From an uncultured Alphaproteobacteria bacterium (GTDB lineage Bacteria > Pseudomonadota > Alphaproteobacteria > Rhizobiales > Xanthobacteraceae): DNA of 64,000 nt. Below are positions 29,166 through 39,095 of this stretch, one piece after another. The DNA is taken from contig CAWIXG010000002.1 of assembly GCA_963839985.1 (NCBI GenBank), positions 58,758-122,757 of the forward strand. The letters are read 5' to 3'. The notes beneath the pieces were generated by a model, which was given only the letters and a program-made list of their open reading frames with translations, was not told where the DNA came from and searched no databases. Made by a program: the position numbers and the translations under genes. Each line of letters opens with the position of its first letter. The stretch's first letter is position 1.

Positions 29166-29970
29166 ATGAAAGCCGCGCGTTTGGTTGTTCTCGTCGTAGC
29201 GGTCGCCGCGGGCGGCGCCGCCGCATTGCTGGCCGGGCGTGGAGGCGAGGAGCCGCCGCCCGTCGCCCCCGCTCCTGCCGTCTCGATCGACACCGTCGAC
29301 GTGCTGGTGGCGAAGACCGATATCCCGCTTGGACAGTCGATCGGCGCACAAGACATGCAATGGCAGCAGTGGCCGACCCAGGCCGCGAGCCCGGTGTTCA
29401 TGCGCAAATCCGACAAGCCGAACGCAATCGAGGAACTGACCGGCGCGATTGCGCGCGCGCCTTTCGTGGCGGGCGAGCCGTTGCGCGAAGTCGAAGCTGA
29501 TCAAGGCGAATGGCTCGGGCTACATGGCCGCCGTGCTCGACAAGGGCATGCGCGCGATTTCGACCGAAATCTCGCCGGAGACCGGTGCCGGCGGCTTCAT
29601 CCTGCCGAACGACCGGGTCGACGTCATCCTGTCGCGCCGCGACCGCGAGGCCGAGAAGTCGGGCGGCGGCGAGTCGCACACCACCGACACCATCCTGACC
29701 AATATCCGCATCCTCGCGATCGACCAGACGCTGGGCGAGAAGGACGGGCAGAAGGTCGTGATCGGCAAGACCGCGACGCTCGAGCTCACGCCGCGCCAAT
29801 CCGAGACGCTTGCGCTCTCGCGTCAGCTCGGCACCCTTTCGCTCGCGTTGCGCAGCCTGGCGGATGCCGGCGACACGACGCTTCCGAACGACGACGAACG
29901 CAGCGCCGGCAAGAAAGCCGGCATCAACACGGTGCGGTTCGGCGTCAGCACCGTGACCACGCCGAAGTGA
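29166..29970 (+). pseudogene. cpaB: Flp pilus assembly protein CpaB, interrupted by an apparent +1 frameshift near 29481-29497
   Basis: ATG 29166 (MKAARLVVLVVAVAAGGAAALLAG...VDVLVAKTDIPLGQSI...APFVAGEPLRE) then runs into Arg/His-rich noise. ORF 29449..29970 in the next frame continues CpaB-like (KLIKANGSGYMAAVLDKGMRAISTEISPETGAGGFILPNDRVDVIL...). Removing one base in GAAGTCGAAG would join the two frames. Confidence 0.75.
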
Positions 29971-29991
29971 GTTTTGTAGGGGACGAGTGAT

Positions 29992-31431
29992 ATGGCGACG
30001 TGGAATTTTGCGGCGGCGGCGCTGACCGGCGTGGCGCTTGCGTGTCTCGCAGGACTAGCACAGGCGGGTGAGCCTGCCGCCGTGGGACCGTCCTCGAGCG
30101 CGCCGATCCAGGTGGTCGGCTCGGATTCCGGCTCGCGCTTCGTGCAGCTCGGCATCGGCAAGTCGGTGGTGATCGACCTGCCGCGCGACATCAAGGACGT
30201 GCTGGTGGCGGAGCCGAAATTCGCCAACGCCGTCGTGCGCTCCACCCGCCGTGCCTACCTGATCGGCGTCGCGGTCGGGCAGACCAACATCTATTTCTTC
30301 GACGCCGAGGGCAAGCAGATCGCGGGCTTCGACGTCGCGGTCACGCGCGACCTCAACGGCGTGCGCGCCATGCTGCAGAAGCTGCTGCCGAACTCCGACG
30401 TGCGCGTCGACGGCGTCGGCGAAGGCGTCATGCTGTCGGGCTCGGTCGCGAACGCGGCGGAATCGCAGCAGGCCTACGACGTCGCAAGCCGCCTCGTCGG
30501 CAGCGCCGAAAAGGTGGTGAACAACCTCACCATCCGCGGCCGCGACCAGGTGATGCTGAAGGTGACCGTCGCCGAAGTGCAGCGCGACATCATCAAGCAG
30601 CTCGGCATCGATCTCAACGCCAGCCTCTCCTACGGCACCTCGGTGCTGAACTTCAACAATGCGAACCCGTTCACCGCGCTGGGCCAGCCGCTGGTCGACG
30701 GCAACGGCGCCGCCTTCGGCTTCAAGGGCGTGACCGCGACCTTGCGCGCGATGGAACGCGCCGGCGTGATCCGCACCCTCGCCGAGCCGAACCTCACCGC
30801 AATCTCGGGCGAGAGCGCGAATTTCCTGGCGGGCGGCGAATTCCCGGTCCCGTCCGGCTACACCTGCGATCCCACGACCCGCGCCTGTCAGTTGGCGATC
30901 CAGTTCAAGAAATTCGGCGTCGGCCTCAACTTCACGCCGGTCGTGATGTCGGAAGGCCGCATCAGCCTGAAGGTCATGACCGAAGTGTCCGAGTTGTCGA
31001 ACGAGAATTCGATCCAGCTGGTGCAGGGATCGAGCACGCAGACCATTCCGGCGATCAAGACCCGCCGCGCCGAGACCACGGTGGAAATCCCCTCCGGCGG
31101 CTCGCTCGCGATGGCCGGCATGATCCAGGAGCAGACCAAGCACCAGATCAGCGGCATGCCCGGCCTGATGCAGGTGCCGGTGCTCGGCACGCTGTTCAAG
31201 AGCCGCGACTACGTCAACCGCCAGACCGAACTGATGGTGATCGTCACGCCCTACATCGCGCGCGCAGTGTCGCAGAAGGATCTGTCGCGGCCGGATGACG
31301 GCTTCGCCGACTCGTCCGACCCCGCGGCGATCCTGCTCGGCCGCCTGAACAAGATCTACGGCACACCGAGCCCGAAGGTTCCGACGACTGCGCCGGTCTA
31401 CCACGGCAAGTACGGCTTCATTCTCGACTGA
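29992..31431 (+). CDS. cpaC: Flp pilus secretin
   Basis: Signal peptide, a BON/pilN-type N-domain, and a secretin C-domain (LAEPNLTAISGESANFLAGGEFPVP...PGLMQVPVLGTLFKS). Confidence 0.92.
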   Translation: MATWNFAAAALTGVALACLAGLAQAGEPAAVGPSSSAPIQVVGSDSGSRFVQLGIGKSVVIDLPRDIKDVLVAEPKFANAVVRSTRRAYLIGVAVGQTNIYFFDAEGKQIAGFDVAVTRDLNGVRAMLQKLLPNSDVRVDGVGEGVMLSGSVANAAESQQAYDVASRLVGSAEKVVNNLTIRGRDQVMLKVTVAEVQRDIIKQLGIDLNASLSYGTSVLNFNNANPFTALGQPLVDGNGAAFGFKGVTATLRAMERAGVIRTLAEPNLTAISGESANFLAGGEFPVPSGYTCDPTTRACQLAIQFKKFGVGLNFTPVVMSEGRISLKVMTEVSELSNENSIQLVQGSSTQTIPAIKTRRAETTVEIPSGGSLAMAGMIQEQTKHQISGMPGLMQVPVLGTLFKSRDYVNRQTELMVIVTPYIARAVSQKDLSRPDDGFADSSDPAAILLGRLNKIYGTPSPKVPTTAPVYHGKYGFILD

Positions 31432-31454
31432 CGGACGCGACGAAGGACCATGCC

Positions 31455-32174
31455 ATGAAACGATTGCCCATCGTCGCCCGCGCGCTCGCATTCGCGAGCC
31501 TCGCCGCGATGCTCGCCGGCTGCAAGACGGTCGCCCAGTCGGAAGCGACCGGCGGCATCTCGCATGATTACCGCCTGCGCCATCCGATCGCGGTGCGCGA
31601 AGGCAAGCAGGTGCTGACCGTGTTCATCGGCGATCGCCGCGGCGGGCTGACGCCGCTGCAACGCACCGAGGTTGCCGGCGTGGCTCCGGCCTGGCGCCGC
31701 GAGGCGACCGGCGGCTTCGTCATTGAGGTGCCGGTCGGCGGCGCGAACGAGCGCGCCGCCGCAGGCGCCGCGCGCGAAATCCGCGCAATCCTCACCGCCA
31801 ACGGTGTACCCGGCCATTCGATCGAGATGCGTCCCGTGCCGACGCAGGATCCGGTCCGGCTCGGAGCCATCCGCGTCAATTATCCGCGCATGGTGGCCGA
31901 GACCGGTACATGCGGCCTGTGGCCCGAGGACCTCGGCCCGACCATGAACGTCGCCTACAACAGCAACCGGCCGCACTGGAATCACGGCTGCGCCACGCAG
32001 CGCAATCTTGCCGCGCAGGTCGCCGAACCGGCCGACCTGGTGCAGCCGCGCAGCGAGACGCCGATCCTCACCTCGCGCCGCGCCACCGTGCTCGACAAGT
32101 ACCGCAAGGGCGAAGCGACCGCGACCCAATACCCGGATGCCAACAAAGGCAAGATCAGCGACGTAGGCCAATGA
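31455..32174 (+). CDS. cpaD: pilus assembly lipoprotein CpaD
   Basis: Lipobox LAGC (MKRLPIVARALAFASLAAMLAGCKT). The length and the position between cpaC and cpaE fit CpaD. Confidence 0.8.
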   Translation: MKRLPIVARALAFASLAAMLAGCKTVAQSEATGGISHDYRLRHPIAVREGKQVLTVFIGDRRGGLTPLQRTEVAGVAPAWRREATGGFVIEVPVGGANERAAAGAAREIRAILTANGVPGHSIEMRPVPTQDPVRLGAIRVNYPRMVAETGTCGLWPEDLGPTMNVAYNSNRPHWNHGCATQRNLAAQVAEPADLVQPRSETPILTSRRATVLDKYRKGEATATQYPDANKGKISDVGQ

Positions 32175-33451
32175 TCAAGTTCGCACTCAAAGGCGGCGAC
32201 GCGGCCGCTTCCCACGCCGAGGCGGCTGTGCAGGACGAGCACATCGCGCCGGTGCCGCGCATCTCGATCCAGGCGTTCTGCGCCTCTGCCGACACGGCTG
32301 CCGCAATGCAGTCGGCCGGCGAGGACCGCCGCATGTCGAAGGCGCACCTGAAGGTGCAGATGGGCGGCATGACCGCGGCGATCGAGGCCTACCGCGCCTC
32401 GGCGACCCCGAACGTCGTCATCATCGAGGCGGACGGCCGCGGCGACGAGTTGCTCGCCGGGCTCGATACGCTCGCCGAAGTCTGCGACGCCGGGACGCGC
32501 GTTCTCGTGGTCGGCCACATGAACGACATCGTGCTCTACCGCGAGATGGTTCGGCGCGGCGTCAGCGACTACCTGATCACGCCGGTCGGCACGCTCGACG
32601 TCATCCGCTCGGTGTCCGGACTGTTCTACGCCGCCGACGCGAAGCCGGTCGGCCGCACGCTCGCGGTGGTCGGCGCCAAGGGCGGCGTCGGCGCCTCCAC
32701 GGTCGCGCACAATATCGCGTTCTCGATCGCGCGCGACGTGAAGCTCGATTCCGTCATCGCCGATCTTGACCTGCCGTTCGGCACCGCCGGCCTCGACTTC
32801 AATCAGGACCCGCCGCAGGGCATCGCCGACGCGGTGATGTCGCCGGACCGCATCGACACCGCTTTCGTCGACCGCCTGCTGTCGAAGTGCACCGACCATC
32901 TCAGCCTGCTGGCCGCACCCGCGACGCTCGACAAGGTCTACGACTTCGGCGCCGAAGCGTTCGATTCGACCTTCGACGTGCTGCGCTCCACGGTTCCCTG
33001 CATCGTGCTCGACGTGCCGCATGTGTGGACCGGCTGGGCGCGCCGCACTCTGATCGCCGCCGACGACATCCTCATCGTCGCGGCGCCCGATCTCGCCAAC
33101 CTGCGCAATACCAAGAATCTGATCGACCTCCTGCGCGCCGCGCGCCCGAACGACGCGCGCCCGCAATACTGCCTCAACATGGTCGGCGTGCCGAAGCGGC
33201 CCGAGATCAAGCCGGCCGACTTCGCCAAGGCGCTCGAATTCGAGCCGATCGCTTCGATCCCGTTCGAGCCGCAGGTGTTCGGCACCGCGGCCAACAACGG
33301 ACAGATGATCGCAGAGGTCTCCTCCGGCCATCGCTCGGCCGAGACGTTCCGCCTGCTTGCGCAGTCCTTGACCGGCCGCACCGAAGTAAAGCGGTCGCGT
33401 GCGAACCTACTCACCCCGCTGATCGAAAAGCTCAGGCGCAAGCAGTCGTAG
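32171..33451 (+). CDS. cpaE: pilus assembly ATPase CpaE (MinD/ParA-like with receiver-like N-domain)
   Basis: ATG 32171 overlaps the cpaD stop (ATGA). The deviant Walker A is VVGAKGGVGASTVAHN. Confidence 0.88.
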   Translation: MIKFALKGGDAAASHAEAAVQDEHIAPVPRISIQAFCASADTAAAMQSAGEDRRMSKAHLKVQMGGMTAAIEAYRASATPNVVIIEADGRGDELLAGLDTLAEVCDAGTRVLVVGHMNDIVLYREMVRRGVSDYLITPVGTLDVIRSVSGLFYAADAKPVGRTLAVVGAKGGVGASTVAHNIAFSIARDVKLDSVIADLDLPFGTAGLDFNQDPPQGIADAVMSPDRIDTAFVDRLLSKCTDHLSLLAAPATLDKVYDFGAEAFDSTFDVLRSTVPCIVLDVPHVWTGWARRTLIAADDILIVAAPDLANLRNTKNLIDLLRAARPNDARPQYCLNMVGVPKRPEIKPADFAKALEFEPIASIPFEPQVFGTAANNGQMIAEVSSGHRSAETFRLLAQSLTGRTEVKRSRANLLTPLIEKLRRKQS

Positions 33452-33457
33452 GGCTCC

Positions 33458-34978
33458 ATGTTCGGAAAGCGTTCAACCTCAGGCCCCGACGTCCGCAGTC
33501 CGGCCCCCGCGCCGGCGCCGCCGCCCGAACCCGTGCGCGCGTCCGTGCCGGCGGGTGGCGGGAACGACGTCGGCCTGGCGCCGCTGCCGTCCGACGGGCT
33601 CGGCGCGCCGATCACCTCGCCGCCGCTCGCGCCCGGCCGCGGCCCGAAGCAGATCGTGCCGACCGCGCGCGACAACCGCCGCTCGGAGAGCTACTACGAG
33701 GTCAAGGGCGCGATCTTCTCGGCGCTGATCGAGGCGATCGACCTGTCGCAGCTCGCCCGGCTCGACGTCGAGTCCGCGCGCGAGGAAATCCGCGACATCG
33801 TCAACGAGATCATCGCGATAAAGAGCATCGTGATGTCGATCGCCGAGCAGGAAGAGCTGCTCGACGACATCTGCAACGACGTGCTCGGCTACGGTCCGCT
33901 CGAGCCGCTGCTCGCGCGCGACGACATCGCCGACATCATGGTGAACGGCGCCAACACGGTCTACATCGAGGTCGCCGGCAAGATCCAGCAGACCAACATC
34001 CGCTTCCGCGACAATCAGCAGCTGCTCAACATCTGCCAGCGCATCGTCAACCAGATCGGCCGCCGCGTCGACGAAGCCTCGCCGATCTGCGACGCGCGCC
34101 TGCCCGACGGCTCGCGCGTCAACGCGATCGTGCCGCCGCTGGCGATCGACGGGCCCTCGCTCACTATCCGCAAATTCAAGAAGGACAAGCTGACGCTCGA
34201 CCAATTGGTCAAGTTCGGCACGATCTCGCCGGAAGGCGCCGAGGTCCTGAAGATCATCGGCCACTGCCGCGCCAACGTGCTGATCTCCGGCGGCACCGGC
34301 TCGGGCAAGACCACGCTGCTCAACTGCCTGACGCGCTACATCGAGGACGACGAGCGCATCATCACCTGCGAGGACGCGGCCGAGCTGCAGCTGCAGCAGC
34401 CGCATGTGGTCCGGCTGGAAACCCGCCCGCCCAACCTCGAAGGCGAGGGCCAGGTCACGATGCGCGACCTGGTCAAGAACTGCCTGCGCATGCGCCCTGA
34501 ACGCATCATCGTCGGCGAGGTGCGCGGACCCGAGGCGTTCGACCTGCTGCAGGCGATGAATACCGGCCACGACGGCTCGATGGGCACGCTGCACGCCAAT
34601 ACGCCGCGCGAGGCGCTCTCGCGTATCGAATCGATGATCACCATGGGCGGCTACACGCTGCCCTCGAAGACCATCCGCGAGATGATCTGCGCCTCGATCG
34701 ACGTGATCGTGCAGGCGACACGCCTGCGCGACGGCTCGCGCCGCATCACCCACATCACCGAGGTGCTGGGGATGGAAGGCGACGTGATCATCACGCAGGA
34801 CGTCTTCGTCTTCGAGATGCTCGGCGAAGACGCAAACGGCAAGCTGATCGGCCGTCATCGCTCGACCGGCATCGGCCAGCCGCGGTTCTGGGAACGCGCG
34901 CGCTATTTCGGCGACGACAAGCGGCTCGGCGCGGCGCTCGACGCCGCCGAGGTCGCGGGCGAACCGCTCAGGAAGTGA
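33458..34978 (+). CDS. cpaF: Flp pilus secretion ATPase CpaF/TadA
   Basis: Walker A is [13 protein letters not shown], with the Asp/His boxes of the VirB11/GspE superfamily ([24 protein letters not shown]). Confidence 0.93.
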   Translation: MFGKRSTSGPDVRSPAPAPAPPPEPVRASVPAGGGNDVGLAPLPSDGLGAPITSPPLAPGRGPKQIVPTARDNRRSESYYEVKGAIFSALIEAIDLSQLARLDVESAREEIRDIVNEIIAIKSIVMSIAEQEELLDDICNDVLGYGPLEPLLARDDIADIMVNGANTVYIEVAGKIQQTNIRFRDNQQLLNICQRIVNQIGRRVDEASPICDARLPDGSRVNAIVPPLAIDGPSLTIRKFKKDKLTLDQLVKFGTISPEGAEVLKIIGHCRANVLISGGTGSGKTTLLNCLTRYIEDDERIITCEDAAELQLQQPHVVRLETRPPNLEGEGQVTMRDLVKNCLRMRPERIIVGEVRGPEAFDLLQAMNTGHDGSMGTLHANTPREALSRIESMITMGGYTLPSKTIREMICASIDVIVQATRLRDGSRRITHITEVLGMEGDVIITQDVFVFEMLGEDANGKLIGRHRSTGIGQPRFWERARYFGDDKRLGAALDAAEVAGEPLRK

Positions 34979-35970
34979 CCGCCGCCATGCCGATGCAAAC
35001 CCTTGCGATGTTCGCCCTGGTCGCGTTCGCCGTCGGCGGCGTGATCTGGGTGTTCGTCTATCCGCTCCTCTCCGGCGAGCGCCAGGCCGAACTGCGCCAG
35101 CAGAGCGTCACCCGGTCCGATCCGTCCGTCCGGGTGGCGGCGGCAAGCCGCGCCGGCCCGAAGGTGCGCCGCGAGCAGGTCGAGGAAAGCCTGAAGGAGC
35201 TCGAGCTTCGCCAGAAGAAGCTGAAGAACGTGCCGCTGCCGCTGCGCATCTCGCAGGCGGGGCTGTCCTGGTCGAAGCGCCAGTTCATCATCGTCAGCGC
35301 GATCGTCGGGCTCGTGCTGTTCGTCATCGGATTCGTGACGAGCGCGAGCCTGCTGATCGCCGCCGGCCTGGGCTTCGCCGGCGGCTTCGGCCTCCCGCGC
35401 TGGCTGCTCTCGTTCCTGAAGAAGCGGCGCGAGAACAAGTTTCTCTACAATTTTCCCGACGCCGTCGACGTGATCGTGCGCGGCGTCAAGGCCGGCCTGC
35501 CGCTCGGCGATTGCCTGCGCATCATCGCCAACGAGGCGCAGGAGCCGGTGCGCAGCGAATTCAAGACCATCTGCGAATCGCAGCAGATCGGCATCCCGAT
35601 GGGCGAGGCGTGCCAGAAGCTCTATGAGCGCATGCCGCTGCCCGAGGCGAACTTCTTCGGCATCGTGATCGCCATCCAGCAGAAGTCGGGCGGCAACCTT
35701 TCGGAAGCGCTCGGCAATCTGTCGCGCGTGCTGCGCGACCGCAAGAAGATGAAGGCCAAGATCCAGGCGATGTCGATGGAGGCGAAGGCCTCCGCCGTCA
35801 TCATCGCGGCGCTGCCGTTCTGCGTCATGATCCTCGTCTACATCACGAGCCCGACCTACATCGAGCTGCTTTGGACCCATCAGACCGGCCGCTTCATGAT
35901 GGCATGCTGCGCGATCTGGATGTCGATGGGCATCTTCGTGATGAAGAAGATGATCAACTTCGATTTCTGA
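34975..35970 (+). CDS. tadB: Flp pilus assembly platform protein TadB (T2SS F family)
   Basis: GTG 34975 overlaps the cpaF stop (or ATG 34987). The T2SSF domain follows (FPDAVDVIVRGVKAGLPLGDCL...). Confidence 0.88.
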   Translation: MTAAMPMQTLAMFALVAFAVGGVIWVFVYPLLSGERQAELRQQSVTRSDPSVRVAAASRAGPKVRREQVEESLKELELRQKKLKNVPLPLRISQAGLSWSKRQFIIVSAIVGLVLFVIGFVTSASLLIAAGLGFAGGFGLPRWLLSFLKKRRENKFLYNFPDAVDVIVRGVKAGLPLGDCLRIIANEAQEPVRSEFKTICESQQIGIPMGEACQKLYERMPLPEANFFGIVIAIQQKSGGNLSEALGNLSRVLRDRKKMKAKIQAMSMEAKASAVIIAALPFCVMILVYITSPTYIELLWTHQTGRFMMACCAIWMSMGIFVMKKMINFDF

Positions 35971-36035
35971 CGCATGCTCTCGAAAAGCCAAGCCGGTTTG
36001 CGGACCGGGGTCATGGGTAAACAAGGGGCCGAGTC

Positions 36036-37010
36036 GTGGTCGAGTACCTGATCGAAAGGCTGCACGACCCGAAGTTCGTCGCGAGCATCCTCGCGGCGAT
36101 CGCCGCCATGGCGACCGTCATCACGCTGGCGATGCCGCTGCTGTCGGGCGACCAGCTCAACCGCCGGCTCAAGTCGGTCGCGCTGGAGCGCGAGAAGATG
36201 CGCCAGCGCGAGCGCGAGCGGCTCGCGCGCGGCGAGAAGGTGCAGCTGCGCCAGTCGCCGAAGCAGTACATGAAGCGCATCGTGGAGCGGTTCAACCTCG
36301 CCAAATGGGTGGGGCAGGAAGAGGCGCGCGAGAAGCTGATCCAGGCCGGCCATCGCGGCAACGCACCTTATGTGGCGTACCTGTTCTTCCGCATGGTCTC
36401 GCCGGTGGTGGCGTTCGTGGTGTCGGCGCTCTACATGTTCGTCATCCTGAAGGTCGATCAGCCGCCGTTGATCAAGTTCGGCGGATGCCTGTTCGCGGCC
36501 TATGTCGGCATGCAGGTGCCGTATTTCTTCCTCAAGAACCAGATTCAGAAGCGCCAGCTTTCGGTGCGCCGCGCCTTCCCCGACGCGCTCGACCTGCTGC
36601 TGATCTGCGTCGAGTCCGGCATGTCGATCGAAGCCGCGTTCCGCAAGGTGTCCCAGGAAATCGGCTCGCAATCGATCCCGCTCGCCGAGGAGCTGACCTT
36701 GACCACCGCGGAGCTGTCCTATCTGCAGGACCGCAAGATGGCCTATGAGAATCTCGCCAAGCGCACCGACCTCGAAGGCGTGAAGGCCGTCTGCATGGCG
36801 CTGTCGCAGTCGGAGCGCTACGGCACGCCGCTCGGCCAGACCCTGCGCGTAATGGCGCAGGAAAACCGCGACATGCGCATGTCGGAAGCCGAGAAAAAGG
36901 CGGCCGCCCTGCCGCCCAAGCTCACCGTGCCGATGATCCTGTTCTTCCTGCCGGTGCTGTTCGTCGTCATCCTGGGACCGGCCGCGATCCGCGTGATGGC
37001 GATCCAGTAG
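36036..37010 (+). CDS. tadC: Flp pilus assembly platform protein TadC (T2SS F family)
   Basis: GTG 36036. The T2SSF domain is AFPDALDLLLICVESGMSIEAAF... Confidence 0.88.
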   Translation: MVEYLIERLHDPKFVASILAAIAAMATVITLAMPLLSGDQLNRRLKSVALEREKMRQRERERLARGEKVQLRQSPKQYMKRIVERFNLAKWVGQEEAREKLIQAGHRGNAPYVAYLFFRMVSPVVAFVVSALYMFVILKVDQPPLIKFGGCLFAAYVGMQVPYFFLKNQIQKRQLSVRRAFPDALDLLLICVESGMSIEAAFRKVSQEIGSQSIPLAEELTLTTAELSYLQDRKMAYENLAKRTDLEGVKAVCMALSQSERYGTPLGQTLRVMAQENRDMRMSEAEKKAAALPPKLTVPMILFFLPVLFVVILGPAAIRVMAIQ

Positions 37011-37012
37011 GA

Positions 37013-38047
37013 TCAGAACCCGCCGGACACCTGATCGCCACCGGCGCGAACGCCGCTGCGGCTGCGCCGCGCGCTGTCGACGATCCCGCCCGGCCGGTCT
37101 TCGCTGTCGGGTCTGCCGGTCGCGAGCCGCAGCACGCTGAGATAATTCGGCTGCAGCTCCATGCGCGCCGCGTGCGGCGAGCGCATCAGGATCGCGTGCA
37201 GCTTCGGCAGATTGTAGCAGGGCACATAATAGAGCAGGTGATGCTCGAGGTGATAGTTGACGAAATACGGCGCGACCAGCGCGCGCTCGATCAGGTTCGC
37301 CTTTGTGGTCCGCGTGTTGCGCAGCGGATCGTCCGAGTCCGGCACCACCGCGTGCTCGGCGATGTTGCGGATGCGCGTGATCACCATCATCCAGGTCAGC
37401 AACGGCACCAGCCAGAGCAGCGGATAGGCCCACCACACGCCGGCGAGCGCCAGCGCAACGAACAGCACCGCATTGACGGCAATCTGCGGTCCCAGTCTTT
37501 CGCCGAACGCACGCAGCCGCCGCGTCCACGGCCAGGCCGGATCGCCGAGCGCATTGAGGATCTGCGCCTTGCGCTGCTGGTAGCCGGTCTGCCCGCTGAT
37601 GTCGCGCCAGAACTTGCGGCGATAGCTCGCCTTGCTGATCGGGAACGGTGCGGACAGTACCAGGTCGGGGTCGTCGTCCTGCTGGGTGCGGGCGTGGTGC
37701 GCAAGATGATAGCGGCGATAGGCTGCGGTCTCGGCGAACACCGGATAGGCGCACAGCCATTGGCTCAGCGCCATGTTGCGCGCCGGATTGCGCGAGAAGC
37801 AGCCGTGCGCGCCGTCATGCATCAGGATCGCGAGCCCGAGCTGGCGCGAGCCGATCAGCACGACGGCCACCAGGTAGGTCAGCGGGTTGGGAAACAGCGC
37901 GACCAGCGCGATCGAACCGGCGATCACGCCCCAGGCATGCGCGATCAGCGCAATGCCCTTCCACTCGACGCGTTCGCGCAAGGCGGCGAGTTCGCGCGGC
38001 GTAAGCAGGTCGCGGGCTGGAATGCGCAGAGCGGTGGCGCCGGGCAT
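37013..38047 (-). CDS. membrane fatty-acid desaturase family protein
   Basis: ATG 38047 within ORF 37013..38062. Three His boxes: HDGAH, HLAHHA and EHHLL. It converges on tadC with a 2-nt gap. Confidence 0.85.
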   Translation of the reverse strand: MPGATALRIPARDLLTPRELAALRERVEWKGIALIAHAWGVIAGSIALVALFPNPLTYLVAVVLIGSRQLGLAILMHDGAHGCFSRNPARNMALSQWLCAYPVFAETAAYRRYHLAHHARTQQDDDPDLVLSAPFPISKASYRRKFWRDISGQTGYQQRKAQILNALGDPAWPWTRRLRAFGERLGPQIAVNAVLFVALALAGVWWAYPLLWLVPLLTWMMVITRIRNIAEHAVVPDSDDPLRNTRTTKANLIERALVAPYFVNYHLEHHLLYYVPCYNLPKLHAILMRSPHAARMELQPNYLSVLRLATGRPDSEDRPGGIVDSARRSRSGVRAGGDQVSGGF

Positions 38048-38120
38048 GGCGAACCTCCACACCGGAGGCCTAGCAGTACCGCGTCAGGAACGCAAAGTCC
38101 TCGGCTGCAGCGAGGTCGAC

Positions 38121-38948
38121 CTACGATCCGCTCTCGTCGACCGGATCGAGGCCCTCGATCGTGCGCGGCCGCACCGTCTTCTTCAGGTTCGCCGCGGGGT
38201 TGCCGCCCTTCTGCGCCAGCATGCGCCGCAGCGTGGCGACGTTCGCGGCCGCCTCGTCGGGCGGCAGCTCGGCCTTGGCGATCGTCTCGGCTTCCTGGAA
38301 GCGGCCCTGCAGGCCGACCACAAGCGCGAGGTTCTGCCGCACGCGCCGGTCGCCCTTGCCGGCGGCGCGGCGCAGCGTCTCCTCGGCGCGCACCAGGTTC
38401 TTCGACAGCGCATAGGAAAGGCCGAGATTGGACATCACCGACGGCTCGTCCGGCACGATCTTCAGCGCGCTCGCGTAGTAGCGCTGCGCTTCCTCATGGC
38501 GACCCATCTGGTCGAGCACCGCACCCTGTACCGAGAGGATGCGCCAGTCCGGCTGGTCAGGCGAATGCGCCCGCTCCAGCACATCGAGCGCCTGCTTGAA
38601 GCCGCCGTTGTCCGCGAGCGCGCGTCCGTAGGCGCCGAGCAGCGGCTTGTGGTTCGGGTTGTGCAGCGCCGCGGTCTCCAGCACGGCTGCGGCTTGCGCG
38701 CGCTGGCCGGTCGCGCGCAGCGCGCGCGCGTAGCGGATCGCGGTCTCGGAATCGCGCGGGTCGGCGCGGAATTTCTCGCCGAGCGCCTGCGCGTCGCCGC
38801 GCCATTCGGTCTCGCTGCGGGCGACGGGCGCCGAGGAGATCGAACCCGTGGTATCGACCGAGCCGGTGGTCTTACAGCCGGAGAGCGCGAGCGCGATCAG
38901 CGCGAGGGTGGCCCAGCGGGCGCGACGATGGGAAGCTACGCACACCAT
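38121..38948 (-). CDS. TPR-repeat lipoprotein (TadD-like)
   Basis: ATG 38948 inside the 817-aa ORF 38121..40574. The lipobox is LALSGC (MVCVASHRRARWATLALIALALSGCKT), followed by several TPR units (AIRYARALRATGQRAQA..., ALDVLERAH..., EAQRYYASALKIVPDE...). Confidence 0.8.
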   Translation of the reverse strand: MVCVASHRRARWATLALIALALSGCKTTGSVDTTGSISSAPVARSETEWRGDAQALGEKFRADPRDSETAIRYARALRATGQRAQAAAVLETAALHNPNHKPLLGAYGRALADNGGFKQALDVLERAHSPDQPDWRILSVQGAVLDQMGRHEEAQRYYASALKIVPDEPSVMSNLGLSYALSKNLVRAEETLRRAAGKGDRRVRQNLALVVGLQGRFQEAETIAKAELPPDEAAANVATLRRMLAQKGGNPAANLKKTVRPRTIEGLDPVDESGS

Positions 38949-39095
38949 GATGATACTCCGCCGGCGGTGCCCCGGCCCGCCAGTTCGCGACCAGCAATAG
39001 GGTGTTAACCCTAATCTCCGGTTAATCAGCCCACGCCGGAACGCTTTTCCGCGCTGCGGCAGCGTGGTAGCAGGCGCGACCGCGGGGGGTTTTTC

